The position numbers and the translations under genes were made by a program. Shown here in pieces: positions 8,959 through 17,744 of a DNA stretch of 64,000 bases. Below the pieces are notes generated by a model. That model was not told the origin of the DNA and did no database searches. It saw only the letters and a program-made list of their open reading frames with translations. Origin of the DNA: Acutalibacteraceae bacterium (lineage in GTDB: Bacteria > Bacillota > Clostridia > Oscillospirales > Acutalibacteraceae); NCBI GenBank assembly GCA_045579445.1, contig JAZNME010000037.1, positions 24,099 through 88,098 on the forward strand, read 5' to 3'. Numbering within the stretch: position 1 is the stretch's first letter; every line of letters starts with the position of its first letter.

Positions 8959-10143
8959 ATGGATATTAAACTTGATTATTCAGACGTTTCTTTTAAAAAT
9001 AACGGTAAATTGAAGCTTCTTATAATTGTGGGAACACGCCCGGAGATAATCCGCCTTGCTGCAGTTATAAACAAATGCCGTAAATATTTTGATTGTGTTC
9101 TTGCTCACACAGGTCAGAACTATGATTATAACCTTAATGGCGTTTTCTTCAAGGATTTAAAGCTTCAGGACCCTGAGGTTTATATGGATGCTGTTGGCGA
9201 TGATTTAGGGGCAACTGTTGGTAACATTATTAACTGCTCATATAAGCTTATGGCACAGATAAAGCCTGATGCGCTTCTTATTTTAGGTGATACAAACTCC
9301 TGCCTTTCAGCAATTCCTGCAAAGAGACTTCATATTCCTATTTTTCATATGGAAGCAGGTAACCGCTGTAAAGACGAGTGCCTTCCTGAGGAAACAAACA
9401 GAAGAATAGTTGATATTATTTCTGATGTTAACCTTGCTTATAGTGAGCATGCAAGACGTTACCTTGCAGATTGCGGTCTTCCAAAGGAGCGTACATACGT
9501 TACAGGCTCACCAATGGCAGAGGTTTTACACAATAATCTTGAGGATATTGAAAAATCAGATATTCTCACAAAATTAAATCTTCAGGAGAAAAAATATATT
9601 CTCCTTTCTGCTCACAGAGAAGAGAATATTGATACAGAAAAGAATTTCCTTTCTCTTTTCAACGCAATAAACACAATTGCTGAAAAGTATGATATGCCTA
9701 TTCTTTATTCCTGCCATCCACGTTCAAGAAAGCGTCTTGAGGAAAGCGGCTTCAAGCTTGATTCACGTGTAATCCGCCATGAGCCTTTAGGCTTCCATGA
9801 TTACAACAAGCTTCAGATGAATGCTTTTGCAGTTATTTCTGATAGTGGTACTCTTCCTGAAGAATCAAGCTTCTTTACATCAATAGGCAAGCCATTCCCT
9901 GCAGTTTGCATAAGAACATCAACGGAGCGTCCGGAAGCACTTGATAAGGCTTGCTTTGTGCTTGCAGGTATCGATGAAAAGTCTCTCGTTCAGTCTGTTG
10001 AAACTGCAGTTTCTATGACTGAAGACGGCTTCCACGGAATACCTGTCCCTGATTACACAGAAGAAAATGTTTCAACAAAGGTAGTAAAGATTATTCAGAG
10101 CTATACAGGTATTGTTGATAAAATGGTTTGGAGAAAATTCTGA
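8959..10143 (+). CDS. fnlC: Non-hydrolysing UDP-N-acetylglucosamine 2-epimerase family (CapG/FnlC/WbjD type)
   Basis: I placed the start at ATG 8959 (AAGGAG SD 8 nt upstream). The sequence ..LLIIVGTRPEIIRLA..HTGQNYD..LGDTNS..HMEAGNR.. is the WecB-family signature. It lies directly downstream of the CapE/CapF homologues. Confidence 0.85.
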   Translation: MDIKLDYSDVSFKNNGKLKLLIIVGTRPEIIRLAAVINKCRKYFDCVLAHTGQNYDYNLNGVFFKDLKLQDPEVYMDAVGDDLGATVGNIINCSYKLMAQIKPDALLILGDTNSCLSAIPAKRLHIPIFHMEAGNRCKDECLPEETNRRIVDIISDVNLAYSEHARRYLADCGLPKERTYVTGSPMAEVLHNNLEDIEKSDILTKLNLQEKKYILLSAHREENIDTEKNFLSLFNAINTIAEKYDMPILYSCHPRSRKRLEESGFKLDSRVIRHEPLGFHDYNKLQMNAFAVISDSGTLPEESSFFTSIGKPFPAVCIRTSTERPEALDKACFVLAGIDEKSLVQSVETAVSMTEDGFHGIPVPDYTEENVSTKVVKIIQSYTGIVDKMVWRKF

Positions 10144-10185
10144 TTTTAAACTGACAACAATTCACTTTTTCACGGATGTGGTTAA

Positions 10186-11238
10186 ATGAAATGCGCAATT
10201 ATTGGTTGTGGCAGAGTGGCTCCAAGCCACGTTAAAGCTGCTAAACAGAATAATATTGAAATTGTTGCTCTTTGCGATATAGATTACGAAAAAGCTGTCG
10301 CCTTCTCAAAGGTAAACAATGTTGAAAATGCAAGAATATATGCAGATTACAAAGAACTGCTCAAAAAAGAAGAGCTTGATTTTGTAAGCATTGCAACTGT
10401 CAGCGGTGTTCACGGAGAAATTGCTCTTTATTGTGCAGAGCAGGGCGTTAATTTTCTTGTTGAAAAGCCTATGGCAATGAGTATTGCCGAAGCTGATGCA
10501 GTTATTACTGCGGCTGAAAAAAGCGGTGTTACAGCAGGTGTCTGCCATCAGAACCGCTTTAATGTTGCGGTTCAGGAGTTGAGAACAGCCCTTGAAAGAA
10601 ATCGTTTCGGCAAGCTTTCCCATGGTAGCATACATATTCGTTGGTTCAGGGATGAAAGCTACTATAAGCAAGACGATTGGCGCGGAAAATGGGAGCTTGA
10701 CGGCGGTGCGCTTATGAATCAGTGTATCCACGGAATAGACCTTTTAAGGTGGATGTTCGGTGATGAAATTGAATCCGTTTACGGCTCTGCGAGAAATCAT
10801 TTCCACCCATACATAGAAGCCGAGGATGTTGGCGTTGCAGTAGTCAATTTCAGAAGTGGCGCGGTTGCAACTATTGAAGGCACTGTAAATACTCTTGATA
10901 ATCTTGAAGAAACGCTTTGCGTTTTCGGTGAAAACGGAATGGTGCGCCTTGGTGGAATGAGCGCATCTACAGTAGATGTATGGCAGTTCAAGGATGAAGA
11001 GTCAGCAGACGAGGACCGCAGATATATTGAGGAAAAAGCGCCAAATGTGTACGGAAACGGACATACAAGCCTTTACCTTGATTTTAAAAATGCGATTCTT
11101 GAAAAGAGAGCGCCGTATGTTGATTTGCACGCAGGTAAGCGCGCAGTTGAGTTGGTTCTTTCAATATATAAAAGTCAGAAAACAGGAGAAAAGGTAATAT
11201 TACCACTAAAAGATTTTTCCTCATCTGATATGAAATAA
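10186..11238 (+). CDS. Gfo/Idh/MocA family NAD(P)-dependent oxidoreductase (sugar-nucleotide dehydrogenase-like)
   Basis: MKCAIIGCGRVA Rossmann N-terminus and an EKPMA motif. It is the last gene of the polysaccharide locus. Confidence 0.75.
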   Translation: MKCAIIGCGRVAPSHVKAAKQNNIEIVALCDIDYEKAVAFSKVNNVENARIYADYKELLKKEELDFVSIATVSGVHGEIALYCAEQGVNFLVEKPMAMSIAEADAVITAAEKSGVTAGVCHQNRFNVAVQELRTALERNRFGKLSHGSIHIRWFRDESYYKQDDWRGKWELDGGALMNQCIHGIDLLRWMFGDEIESVYGSARNHFHPYIEAEDVGVAVVNFRSGAVATIEGTVNTLDNLEETLCVFGENGMVRLGGMSASTVDVWQFKDEESADEDRRYIEEKAPNVYGNGHTSLYLDFKNAILEKRAPYVDLHAGKRAVELVLSIYKSQKTGEKVILPLKDFSSSDMK

Positions 11239-11243
11239 GAAAA

Positions 11244-11275
11244 CCCTCACAATGAGTTTTTACTCATTGTGAGGG
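11244..11275. terminator. Bidirectional intrinsic terminator between convergent genes
   Basis: Perfect 13-bp stem CCCTCACAATGAG / CTCATTGTGAGGG with a TTTTTA loop. T-rich tracts follow on both strands. Confidence 0.8.
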
Positions 11276-11279
11276 ACTT

Positions 11280-13067
11280 TTATTTTGTATACTTTTCAGC
11301 TTGTAAAGTAAACATCTCGGCGTATTTACCGTCGAGAGCCATAAGCTCCTCGTGGCTTCCGCTTTCAATTATTTTGCCATTCTCCATCATAAGAATTCTA
11401 TCAGCATTTCTTGTGGTGGAAAGTCGATGCGAGATAAATATAACAGTCTTGTGTGATGCGGCGGTCATCATAGCGTGATTGAGCTCATATTCAGAAATAG
11501 GGTCAAGGTTTGCGGAGGGCTCATCAAGTATGACATACGGACAGTTTTTGTAGAATGCTCTTGCGATAGCAATTTTTTGTTGCTCGCCACCTGAAAGCAT
11601 TAAGCCGTCTTCGTCAAATTCCCTGAGAAGAATTGTTTTAAGTCCGTCGGGAAGCTCCTTGTCAAAGCCTGCGCTTTGGAGTGCCTTCCAAACACGCTCC
11701 TCGTCATATTCTGTGCTCAAAGCAACGTTTTCGCCAACGCTTGCAGAGAATATCTGAAAATCTTGAAAAACTGCAGCAAAGCGATTGCGGTGAGAAGCAA
11801 CTGTTTCCTCGCGGATATCTCTGCCACCGATTTTGATGCTTCCTGATTTTACATCATAAAGCCTTAAAAGAAGGTTGGTAAGTGTCGTTTTACCTGCACC
11901 GTTATAGCCAACGAGGGCAACCTTTTCATATGGCTCTATTTCAAAGGATATTCCGTTAAGGGAATCGCTGTCGTTTCCCTCATATGAAAAAGTTATGTTT
12001 TCTACAGATATTGTTTCAGGCGCACCGCATTCGGCAATATGTGGTCCGTCGGTAATATCGTTTTCAACCTGTAAGAACCTGCGGTATTTATCTATGATTT
12101 TTGCGTGCTCGGTGAAGTTTCTCACACAGCCTACTGTGAGGTATAGTATTCCTGAGCCGATTTGAACCGCGCCATTAAAGGTTGCAACAAAATCACCTGC
12201 AGTCATCTCCTTTGCAACGATAGTTTTGTATCCGATGTAAAGAGTCAAAACAAGCATAAAGCCTATAACGTTTATTGATGTTCCTTGCAAAAAGAAAAGC
12301 ACATTCGTTTTTCTTGCATACTTTTTCTGAATATCAATAACCTCTTCTGACGCTGTGCTGAAGCGCTTTTTCAAAATAGAATATATTCCGCTTGTGCGAA
12401 GCTCGCTTGAATATTCCTGCAAATAAAAAATTCGGGCAAAATAATCTCCGACTCTGTGAGCCTCGGTTATTTTCTCCCTGCGCTCTATCAAAAGGTTTCC
12501 TGTATATTTTCCTACAGGTATAAAAATAACTGTGGAAACTACGACAATAAGAAGTGCTATAGGGTCAATTGTGAAAACAAGCGTACCAATAAGAACGAAA
12601 GAGATAACCTCTTCAACAACACCCTTAATCATAGGAATAAGGTATCGGATACTATTTGAAGAGTTTTCAACTGCAAGAATAAAATCTGCATAGTATTCGG
12701 GATTATCATATTTTGAAAGGTCTATAGATGCAGCCTTTTTATAGAGCATAGACTGTAAACCAATATCCAGCTTTTCTCGCTCCCTATGGGCGAAAAGCTC
12801 AAAGAAAAGCGCATTCAGAAAATCTCCGCCAACAAGTAAGCCAATTATAAGACATATACCAATTATAATTCTTTGGGGATCTCCGCCTGTACTTACTTCA
12901 TCAATAACAAACTTAAGACCTATTACAGAAACAAGCCTTCCCGGTAAGGTACAAAGAATGTGAAAAAGTATTTCACCGAGAACGAGTCCGGGACAAAGCT
13001 TGAACATTACTCCGGTCATATACAAAAGGTTGGAAAAGGTGCCTTTTTCTGTTTTTGCTTTTTTCAT
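11280..13067 (-). CDS. ABC exporter half-transporter (N-terminal 6-TM domain plus C-terminal NBD), partner 2 of a probable heterodimer
   Basis: Walker A GYNGAGKTT, signature LSGGEQQKIAIAR, Walker B YVILDEPSANLD. The start overlaps the upstream gene's stop (ATGA). Confidence 0.85.
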   Translation of the reverse strand: MKKAKTEKGTFSNLLYMTGVMFKLCPGLVLGEILFHILCTLPGRLVSVIGLKFVIDEVSTGGDPQRIIIGICLIIGLLVGGDFLNALFFELFAHREREKLDIGLQSMLYKKAASIDLSKYDNPEYYADFILAVENSSNSIRYLIPMIKGVVEEVISFVLIGTLVFTIDPIALLIVVVSTVIFIPVGKYTGNLLIERREKITEAHRVGDYFARIFYLQEYSSELRTSGIYSILKKRFSTASEEVIDIQKKYARKTNVLFFLQGTSINVIGFMLVLTLYIGYKTIVAKEMTAGDFVATFNGAVQIGSGILYLTVGCVRNFTEHAKIIDKYRRFLQVENDITDGPHIAECGAPETISVENITFSYEGNDSDSLNGISFEIEPYEKVALVGYNGAGKTTLTNLLLRLYDVKSGSIKIGGRDIREETVASHRNRFAAVFQDFQIFSASVGENVALSTEYDEERVWKALQSAGFDKELPDGLKTILLREFDEDGLMLSGGEQQKIAIARAFYKNCPYVILDEPSANLDPISEYELNHAMMTAASHKTVIFISHRLSTTRNADRILMMENGKIIESGSHEELMALDGKYAEMFTLQAEKYTK

Positions 13068-14890
13068 ATTGTAGCCACACTCCTTTCTTTTTCTCTGTAG
13101 CTTGAAGCCTGGAGTGTAAACATTTCGGCGTATTTGCCATTTAATTCCATAAGCTCATTATGAGTTCCGCTTTCTTTTACCGTTCCGTTTTCGAAAACGT
13201 AGATTTTATCAGAAAGCACAGCGCTTGAAAGTCTGTGGGAAATGTAAATAACAGTTTTACCTTTTGTTGCAGAAATAAGGTTTTCATACATATTATATTC
13301 TGCTATAGGATCAAGAGCAGATGATGGCTCATCAAGCACAGCTAAATCAAAATTCTTGCAGAACATTCTGGCTGTTGCGATTTTTTGTTGCTCACCACCG
13401 GAAAGACCTGTTCCTGTTTCGTCAAATTCCCTTGTGATAACAGTTTTTTCTTTTTGTGGTAGAAGACTTACAAACGTATCTGCTCCGCTATTTTTAAGAG
13501 AAACTGCAACTTTTTGCTGTTCGTCTTCGCTTTCAACCTCTTTGCAAAGCACGTTCTCAGCGACGGAAACAGCAAACACTTTGTAATCCTGAAAAACAGT
13601 TCCGAATTTTTGACGAAGAGCATCAATATCGTAATTGCGAAGATTCTTGCCATTATAAAGAATCTCTCCCTCATCAGGATCATAAAACCTTAAAAGAAGC
13701 TTTACAAAGGTTGTTTTGCCTGCGCCATTTTCACCAACGATAGCGGTTGTTTCACCTTTGTTGAATTTCAGGTTGAGGCTTTTTAAGGTGGGCTCTTTTG
13801 CATTAGGATATGTAAAAGTAACATTTTTGAATTCCAAGGTTTCAAGCTCATCGGGTAATTCCGTTCCGCTGATAACTGTAGATTCATATTCAAAAAATTC
13901 TTTTAAATTACCAAAATAAAGAGACTCATTTTTTACAACAGAAACTGCTTGGCCTAAATCGTTAATAATATCGCGGATATTACTCATAGCTGTCATAATT
14001 ACAGAGAAGTCTGCAAGTGCAAGATTTCTTTTAATTGCATAGCGGAATGTTGCATATGCATATGCAATGGCAACAGGCAAAGCCTGACCAAATAATCCGC
14101 TGATAACTTCATAAAATGCAATTTTCCAACCGTATTTCTTAATTATTTCACGATTTTTTTCCACTGCGTGGGAAAAGCGTTTGTGAAGAACGTTGAATAT
14201 TCCGGAGGTTCTGATATCCTTAGAATATTCTTTTAAATAAATGATCCTTTTGACATAAGCCTTTGACCTTTTATGAACTGTCATTTCTTTGTCTTTTTTT
14301 ACTTGTACTTTACCTTTAAGAGCTTGCGCTGCAACTACGGGAAGCATAAATAAAAGAATCAATAATATTTTCGGGTCAATGGAAACAACATATGCTACTA
14401 TAAAGATTCCTGTAAAAGAAGCCACGAAAATACTTGAAAAGTAATAAATAAACATATCATAGTGAGATTCAGAAATAATCTCCGTTGCTCGTTTATATTT
14501 ATCAAAAAAATCAGGGTCTTCAAAGCAGGATATATCAACACTGACCGCTTTCTCAAAAATTTTCTCGTTCAAGGCCTTGTAAAACTGCTTGAATTTTACG
14601 CTTAAAACATAGTTTGAATAGCTTTGAATAAGTCGCGCAGCAATGCCTGCGGCAACAAACATTAATACAGCAACCACGAAGGCTTTAAACGGTAAATTGT
14701 TTTCAAGAACTTGTAGGATTACTCGCAAAAACAAGATTTCCTGAACAAATGCTGTGAAAAACCAAAAACCGCCTGTTGCAAGAATCTGAACAGTAAAATA
14801 CCACGGACAACAGTCTTTAATGATTTTTACCGCATAAAACACATTTTTCAGTGTTTCAAATTTTTCTTTTTTCTTTTTTTCTTTTTTCAT
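13064..14890 (-). CDS. ABC exporter half-transporter (TMD-NBD), partner 1 of a probable heterodimer (BmrC/D, YheI/H-like architecture)
   Basis: I placed the start at ATG 14890 (GGAGG SD 4-5 nt upstream) rather than 14911. Walker A GENGAGKTT, signature LSGGEQQKIATAR, Walker B LAVLDEPSSALD. Confidence 0.85.
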   Translation of the reverse strand: MKKEKKKKEKFETLKNVFYAVKIIKDCCPWYFTVQILATGGFWFFTAFVQEILFLRVILQVLENNLPFKAFVVAVLMFVAAGIAARLIQSYSNYVLSVKFKQFYKALNEKIFEKAVSVDISCFEDPDFFDKYKRATEIISESHYDMFIYYFSSIFVASFTGIFIVAYVVSIDPKILLILLFMLPVVAAQALKGKVQVKKDKEMTVHKRSKAYVKRIIYLKEYSKDIRTSGIFNVLHKRFSHAVEKNREIIKKYGWKIAFYEVISGLFGQALPVAIAYAYATFRYAIKRNLALADFSVIMTAMSNIRDIINDLGQAVSVVKNESLYFGNLKEFFEYESTVISGTELPDELETLEFKNVTFTYPNAKEPTLKSLNLKFNKGETTAIVGENGAGKTTFVKLLLRFYDPDEGEILYNGKNLRNYDIDALRQKFGTVFQDYKVFAVSVAENVLCKEVESEDEQQKVAVSLKNSGADTFVSLLPQKEKTVITREFDETGTGLSGGEQQKIATARMFCKNFDLAVLDEPSSALDPIAEYNMYENLISATKGKTVIYISHRLSSAVLSDKIYVFENGTVKESGTHNELMELNGKYAEMFTLQASSYREKERSVATI

Positions 14891-15037
14891 ATTTCCTCCG
14901 TTTAAATTCAAGATAAAAAGTTAACGACACATTTTATCTTTTTCGGCTTTAGCCGGAGTTTGTGTGTTGATCTCTGAGCTGAGAGGAACTCGGAAATATT
15001 TTCGGTTCCTGCCACTTTGCCTTGGGTTAATTTGCAA

Positions 15038-15069
15038 ATAAAAAACCGGGAAAGCAGATGCTCTCCCGG
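15038..15069 (-). terminator. Intrinsic terminator inside the 5' leader of the ABC-exporter operon (candidate attenuator)
   Basis: On the minus strand, CCGGGAGAGC-AUCU-GCUUUCCCGG forms a 10-bp stem including one G.U pair, followed by UUUUUUAUUU. It lies about 150 nt upstream of the ABC start and 20 nt downstream of a short ORF. Confidence 0.65.
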
Positions 15070-15089
15070 GGTGTGCAAAAGACAATATG

Positions 15090-15152
15090 TCAGCAGGAAG
15101 CGGACACAATAACCGGATAGAGTCTAATTTTTGTGTTCATATAATTCATCAT
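15090..15152 (-). CDS. Putative 20-aa leader peptide MMNYMNTKIRLYPVIVSASC
   Basis: ATGATG is preceded by AAAGGAG at 9-nt spacing, with stop TGA at 15092-15090. Codons 10-13 (AGACUCUAUCCGG, 15125-15113) can pair with the 5' arm of the downstream terminator (9 bp with one bulge). Confidence 0.45.
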   Translation of the reverse strand: MMNYMNTKIRLYPVIVSASC

Positions 15153-15203
15153 TATGTCCAACTCCTTTCAAAATTTATTTGTATTTACACGGAATACTCC
15201 TAA

Positions 15204-15232
15204 AGAGTAGCACAGCAGGAAGGTTTTGTCAA
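15204..15232 (-). promoter_or_regulatory. Putative sigma-A promoter for the leader and ABC operon
   Basis: TTGACA (15232-15227), 17-nt spacer, TGcTACTCT extended -10 (15209-15204). It sits immediately downstream of the phosphatase terminator. Confidence 0.4.
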
Positions 15233-15274
15233 TAAAAAAATAACAATCGGAAAAGTTAACCTTCTCCGATTGTT
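15233..15274 (-). terminator. Intrinsic terminator of the alkaline phosphatase gene
   Basis: On the minus strand, the stem AACAATCGGAGAAG / CTTTTCCGATTGTT (one mismatch) with a GTTAA loop is followed by ATTTTTTT. Confidence 0.75.
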
Positions 15275-15285
15275 CGAAATTTGTG

Positions 15286-16422
15286 TTATGCTGCAACTTC
15301 AAACGGGAACTCCTCTTCTGTTGCGCCGAGGGTGTAAGCAATTCTTGTAGGAATTTCGTAGTTGTTAAGAGTTTCTCCACCGTTAACAAGGTTATCTGAA
15401 CCGTAAACAAATACAGGAACATTAGCAGCTGAATGTGAGCCCGATGTGAAAACATACTCGCCGTCAACAAGAGTAATTGCGCCTGTTTCGTGGTCTGCAG
15501 TTATAACAACAAGAGTTTCACCGTCAGCCTTTGCATAGCGAAGAACTGATTCAATAGTATTATCAAATGCTTGAAGAGATTCTGTCATGCTTTGGCTGTC
15601 ATTACTGTGTGAGTGCTTGTCAATGTGTGCACCCTCAACCATAAGGAAGAAGCCTTTGTCTGTATCGTCAAGAATATCAATAGCCTTCATGGTCATCTGC
15701 TCAAGGGTAGGCGTTACAGCGTCTGATTGCTGGAGTGTCCAGAGATTGTTTGTGAACTGAGCAAAGCTTCTGCTGCCTTCAGGGAGAGCCATCATTTCAG
15801 CATAGGTAGAAACGAATGTGAAGCCGTTAGCTTCTGCATCGTTCTTTTCAACAATGCCGTTTGCCGCACCCCAGATAAGGTTAATATCTGAATAAAGCTG
15901 GTCTCTTGAAATTTCTTCTGCTCTGCCTCTGTCGCTTTCGTGAGCAGAGAAGGAGGCTGGTGTTGCGCCCGATGTTTCGTCGGTAGTGATAACACCTGTA
16001 AGCATACCTCTTTCAATGCAAAGCTCTGTAATACTCTTTGGATATGAGAAGGTTGCTGTAAGGTCTGTCATGTAAACACCGATAGCACCGTTTGATGTTC
16101 TGACACCTGTTGCAAGGGCAGTACCGCCTGCAGCACTGTCTGTAACGGAGCTTGAAAGTGAGCGTGTCATGGAGCCTGCTCTTGTTTCAATAGTTTCCAT
16201 TGCAAGAGGAATATTTCTTTCTTTTTTTGTTTTGTACAAATGGTTTGTACCCATACCGTCGCCAATAAGATAAATAACATTTTTAATGTTATCGTCGTAA
16301 TAGCCGTTTGACACATCTGTTGATGGTGGAGTAAAAATGCCAAAGGTTAAACCAAATGACATTATAATACTCATTAAAAAAGCAGTAAATTCTGACCAGA
16401 AGGAAGAAAGTTCAAGCATCAT
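15286..16422 (-). CDS. Alkaline phosphatase family protein with an N-terminal membrane anchor or signal sequence
   Basis: ..LIGDGMG.. and ..VTDSAAGGTALATG.. (active-site Ser region) plus ..DKHSHSND.. and ..ADHETG.. metal-ligand motifs. GAGGTG SD. Confidence 0.85.
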   Translation of the reverse strand: MMLELSSFWSEFTAFLMSIIMSFGLTFGIFTPPSTDVSNGYYDDNIKNVIYLIGDGMGTNHLYKTKKERNIPLAMETIETRAGSMTRSLSSSVTDSAAGGTALATGVRTSNGAIGVYMTDLTATFSYPKSITELCIERGMLTGVITTDETSGATPASFSAHESDRGRAEEISRDQLYSDINLIWGAANGIVEKNDAEANGFTFVSTYAEMMALPEGSRSFAQFTNNLWTLQQSDAVTPTLEQMTMKAIDILDDTDKGFFLMVEGAHIDKHSHSNDSQSMTESLQAFDNTIESVLRYAKADGETLVVITADHETGAITLVDGEYVFTSGSHSAANVPVFVYGSDNLVNGGETLNNYEIPTRIAYTLGATEEEFPFEVAA

Positions 16423-16572
16423 AATAACACCTCAAAAATTTTATTATTAACATAATATTATAATTTAAGGAGAAAATCAAGAAATATGTGGTAATTAGCA
16501 GTTGGCAGATGGTGTTTGGATGCGAGATTCCGGGGGTTCGCAGAGAAATTGAAAATGGAAAATTCAAAGTTT

Positions 16573-16596
16573 CGGAACGCTACGCGTTAATTAAAA
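16573..16596 (+). repeat. Copy 1 of a 24-26-nt motif CGGAACGCTACGCGTTAATT(T)AAAA
   Basis: Near-identical strings occur at 20134-20159 and 33889-33913. The motif contains the small hairpin AACGC-TAC-GCGTT. Confidence 0.8.
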
Positions 16597-16716
16597 GATA
16601 CCGGGGAGATTTACGTAAATTAAAATAGGACAAGCGTAGGGAACGGGCACTGACCGTTCCGCAAGATTACAATAAAATATATCTGATACGAAATTTATAT
16701 TTGCCAACGCAGTTCA

Positions 16717-16742
16717 GGCACTTTGCACCTTGCATTTTGCGC
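16717..16742 (-). repeat. TGCAAAGTG-type repeat module (inverted orientation) abutting the AraC stop codon
   Basis: The reverse complement reads GCGCAAAATGCAAGGTGCAAAGTGCC, the same word family as 19294-19329 and 33842-33885. Confidence 0.6.
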
Positions 16743-17606
16743 TTACGAAAACCTTACCGCCACCTTAGCGTACTCCGATGGTGTCATACCTGAGACTCTT
16801 TTAAATACGGTAGTAAAATACTGGGATGTATTAAAATTAAGTTTTTCCGAAATTTCCGTAAATGTATAGTTTTCTTCTCGTATAAGCTCTTTTGCTTTGT
16901 CTATTTTTAGGCGGATAAAATAATCCATAACGCCGCAACCCATTTGCTGACGAAAGATTTTTTTAACTACGGAAGGGGACAGATTAAAATGATTTAAAAT
17001 ATCTTTGAATTCCAGTTTCTCTTCCACATTTGAGGATAAATATTCTGTAATTTCTGCAAGTAAATCGTTGTTTTTATTGATTTTTAAAGGTGTTGCTTCG
17101 GTGTTTTTTCTTATAAGGCGTATGAGCAGCTGTTCCAGGCTTAGTTTTATCATTTGCTGACCACCGAAGCCACCGCTTTCCGATAATTCCATAACATTAG
17201 TATATGGGTTTCCCAATGGCGTTGAGAAAGCAGAGGATGCCTCTTTTACTATTGTGCCTAAAAGAGCTCGTTCTTTTTCACCCAGAGAAATGACCTTTCC
17301 CGCAACATTATGAAGCTCAATTGCAGAGCAGTCAAAAGAAACAATAACTGAGTTTGCCGCTCTTTTGCCGTCGCAACGGATGTTATGAAACTCGTTTGGC
17401 TTATGAAGATACATCTGACCTGCCTGAAGCTCAATTTCCTCTGCGCCTGCAGTAATAAGCAGATTCTTTTTATCTGCATAAACAAGCTCCCAGAAATCAT
17501 GCACCTCGCCCGAATAGGTGAAATCCTTAGCATATTCAAAGTAATGAACAGTATAAATTCCGTTTACAATAACGGGACAAAGAAGAACTGTTTTAATATA
17601 ATCCAT
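16743..17606 (-). CDS. AraC family transcriptional regulator (N-terminal cupin-type sensor, C-terminal dual HTH)
   Basis: The C-terminal ..FKDILNHFNLSPSVVKKIFRQ..FTEISEKLNFNTSQYFTTVFKRVSGMTPSEY.. is the AraC HTH signature. I placed the start at the second ATG (17606), which has GGTGA upstream. Confidence 0.8.
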   Translation of the reverse strand: MDYIKTVLLCPVIVNGIYTVHYFEYAKDFTYSGEVHDFWELVYADKKNLLITAGAEEIELQAGQMYLHKPNEFHNIRCDGKRAANSVIVSFDCSAIELHNVAGKVISLGEKERALLGTIVKEASSAFSTPLGNPYTNVMELSESGGFGGQQMIKLSLEQLLIRLIRKNTEATPLKINKNNDLLAEITEYLSSNVEEKLEFKDILNHFNLSPSVVKKIFRQQMGCGVMDYFIRLKIDKAKELIREENYTFTEISEKLNFNTSQYFTTVFKRVSGMTPSEYAKVAVRFS

Positions 17607-17744
17607 ATTAATCACCATAGCTATTGTAAATGCTTATAAGGAAAAATGCAACCAAAATTATAAAAATTTCAACGGATTTTATAAGATTTACGGCTTTTTC
17701 TGTGTTACAATAGAACCGAAAACAAACAAAGAGGAGAGGGACGT

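Noticed and set aside
11280-14890. The ABC pair as a bacteriocin/lantibiotic exporter or a polysaccharide exporter belonging to the adjacent cps locus.
   Set aside because: There is no peptidase C39 domain, no precursor or modification genes and no Wzm/Wzt architecture. The genes are convergent to the cps locus and separated from it by a bidirectional terminator. The TMD-NBD half-transporter pair plus leader fits multidrug-type exporters better.
14921-15109. A 62-aa minus-strand ORF inside the ABC-exporter leader.
   Set aside because: It has no SD, runs straight through the terminator hairpin and its U-tract, and has a composition typical of non-coding DNA. The SD-preceded 20-codon ORF at 15152-15090 is the better leader candidate.
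16423-16742. A possible tRNA or other structured RNA gene in the AraC-phosphatase spacer (GGGGGTTCGCAGAG resembles a T-loop; hairpin GGAACGG-GCACTGA-CCGTTCC).
   Set aside because: No cloverleaf can be built around the T-loop-like string. The region is better explained as repeat modules plus the AraC terminator and the phosphatase promoter.
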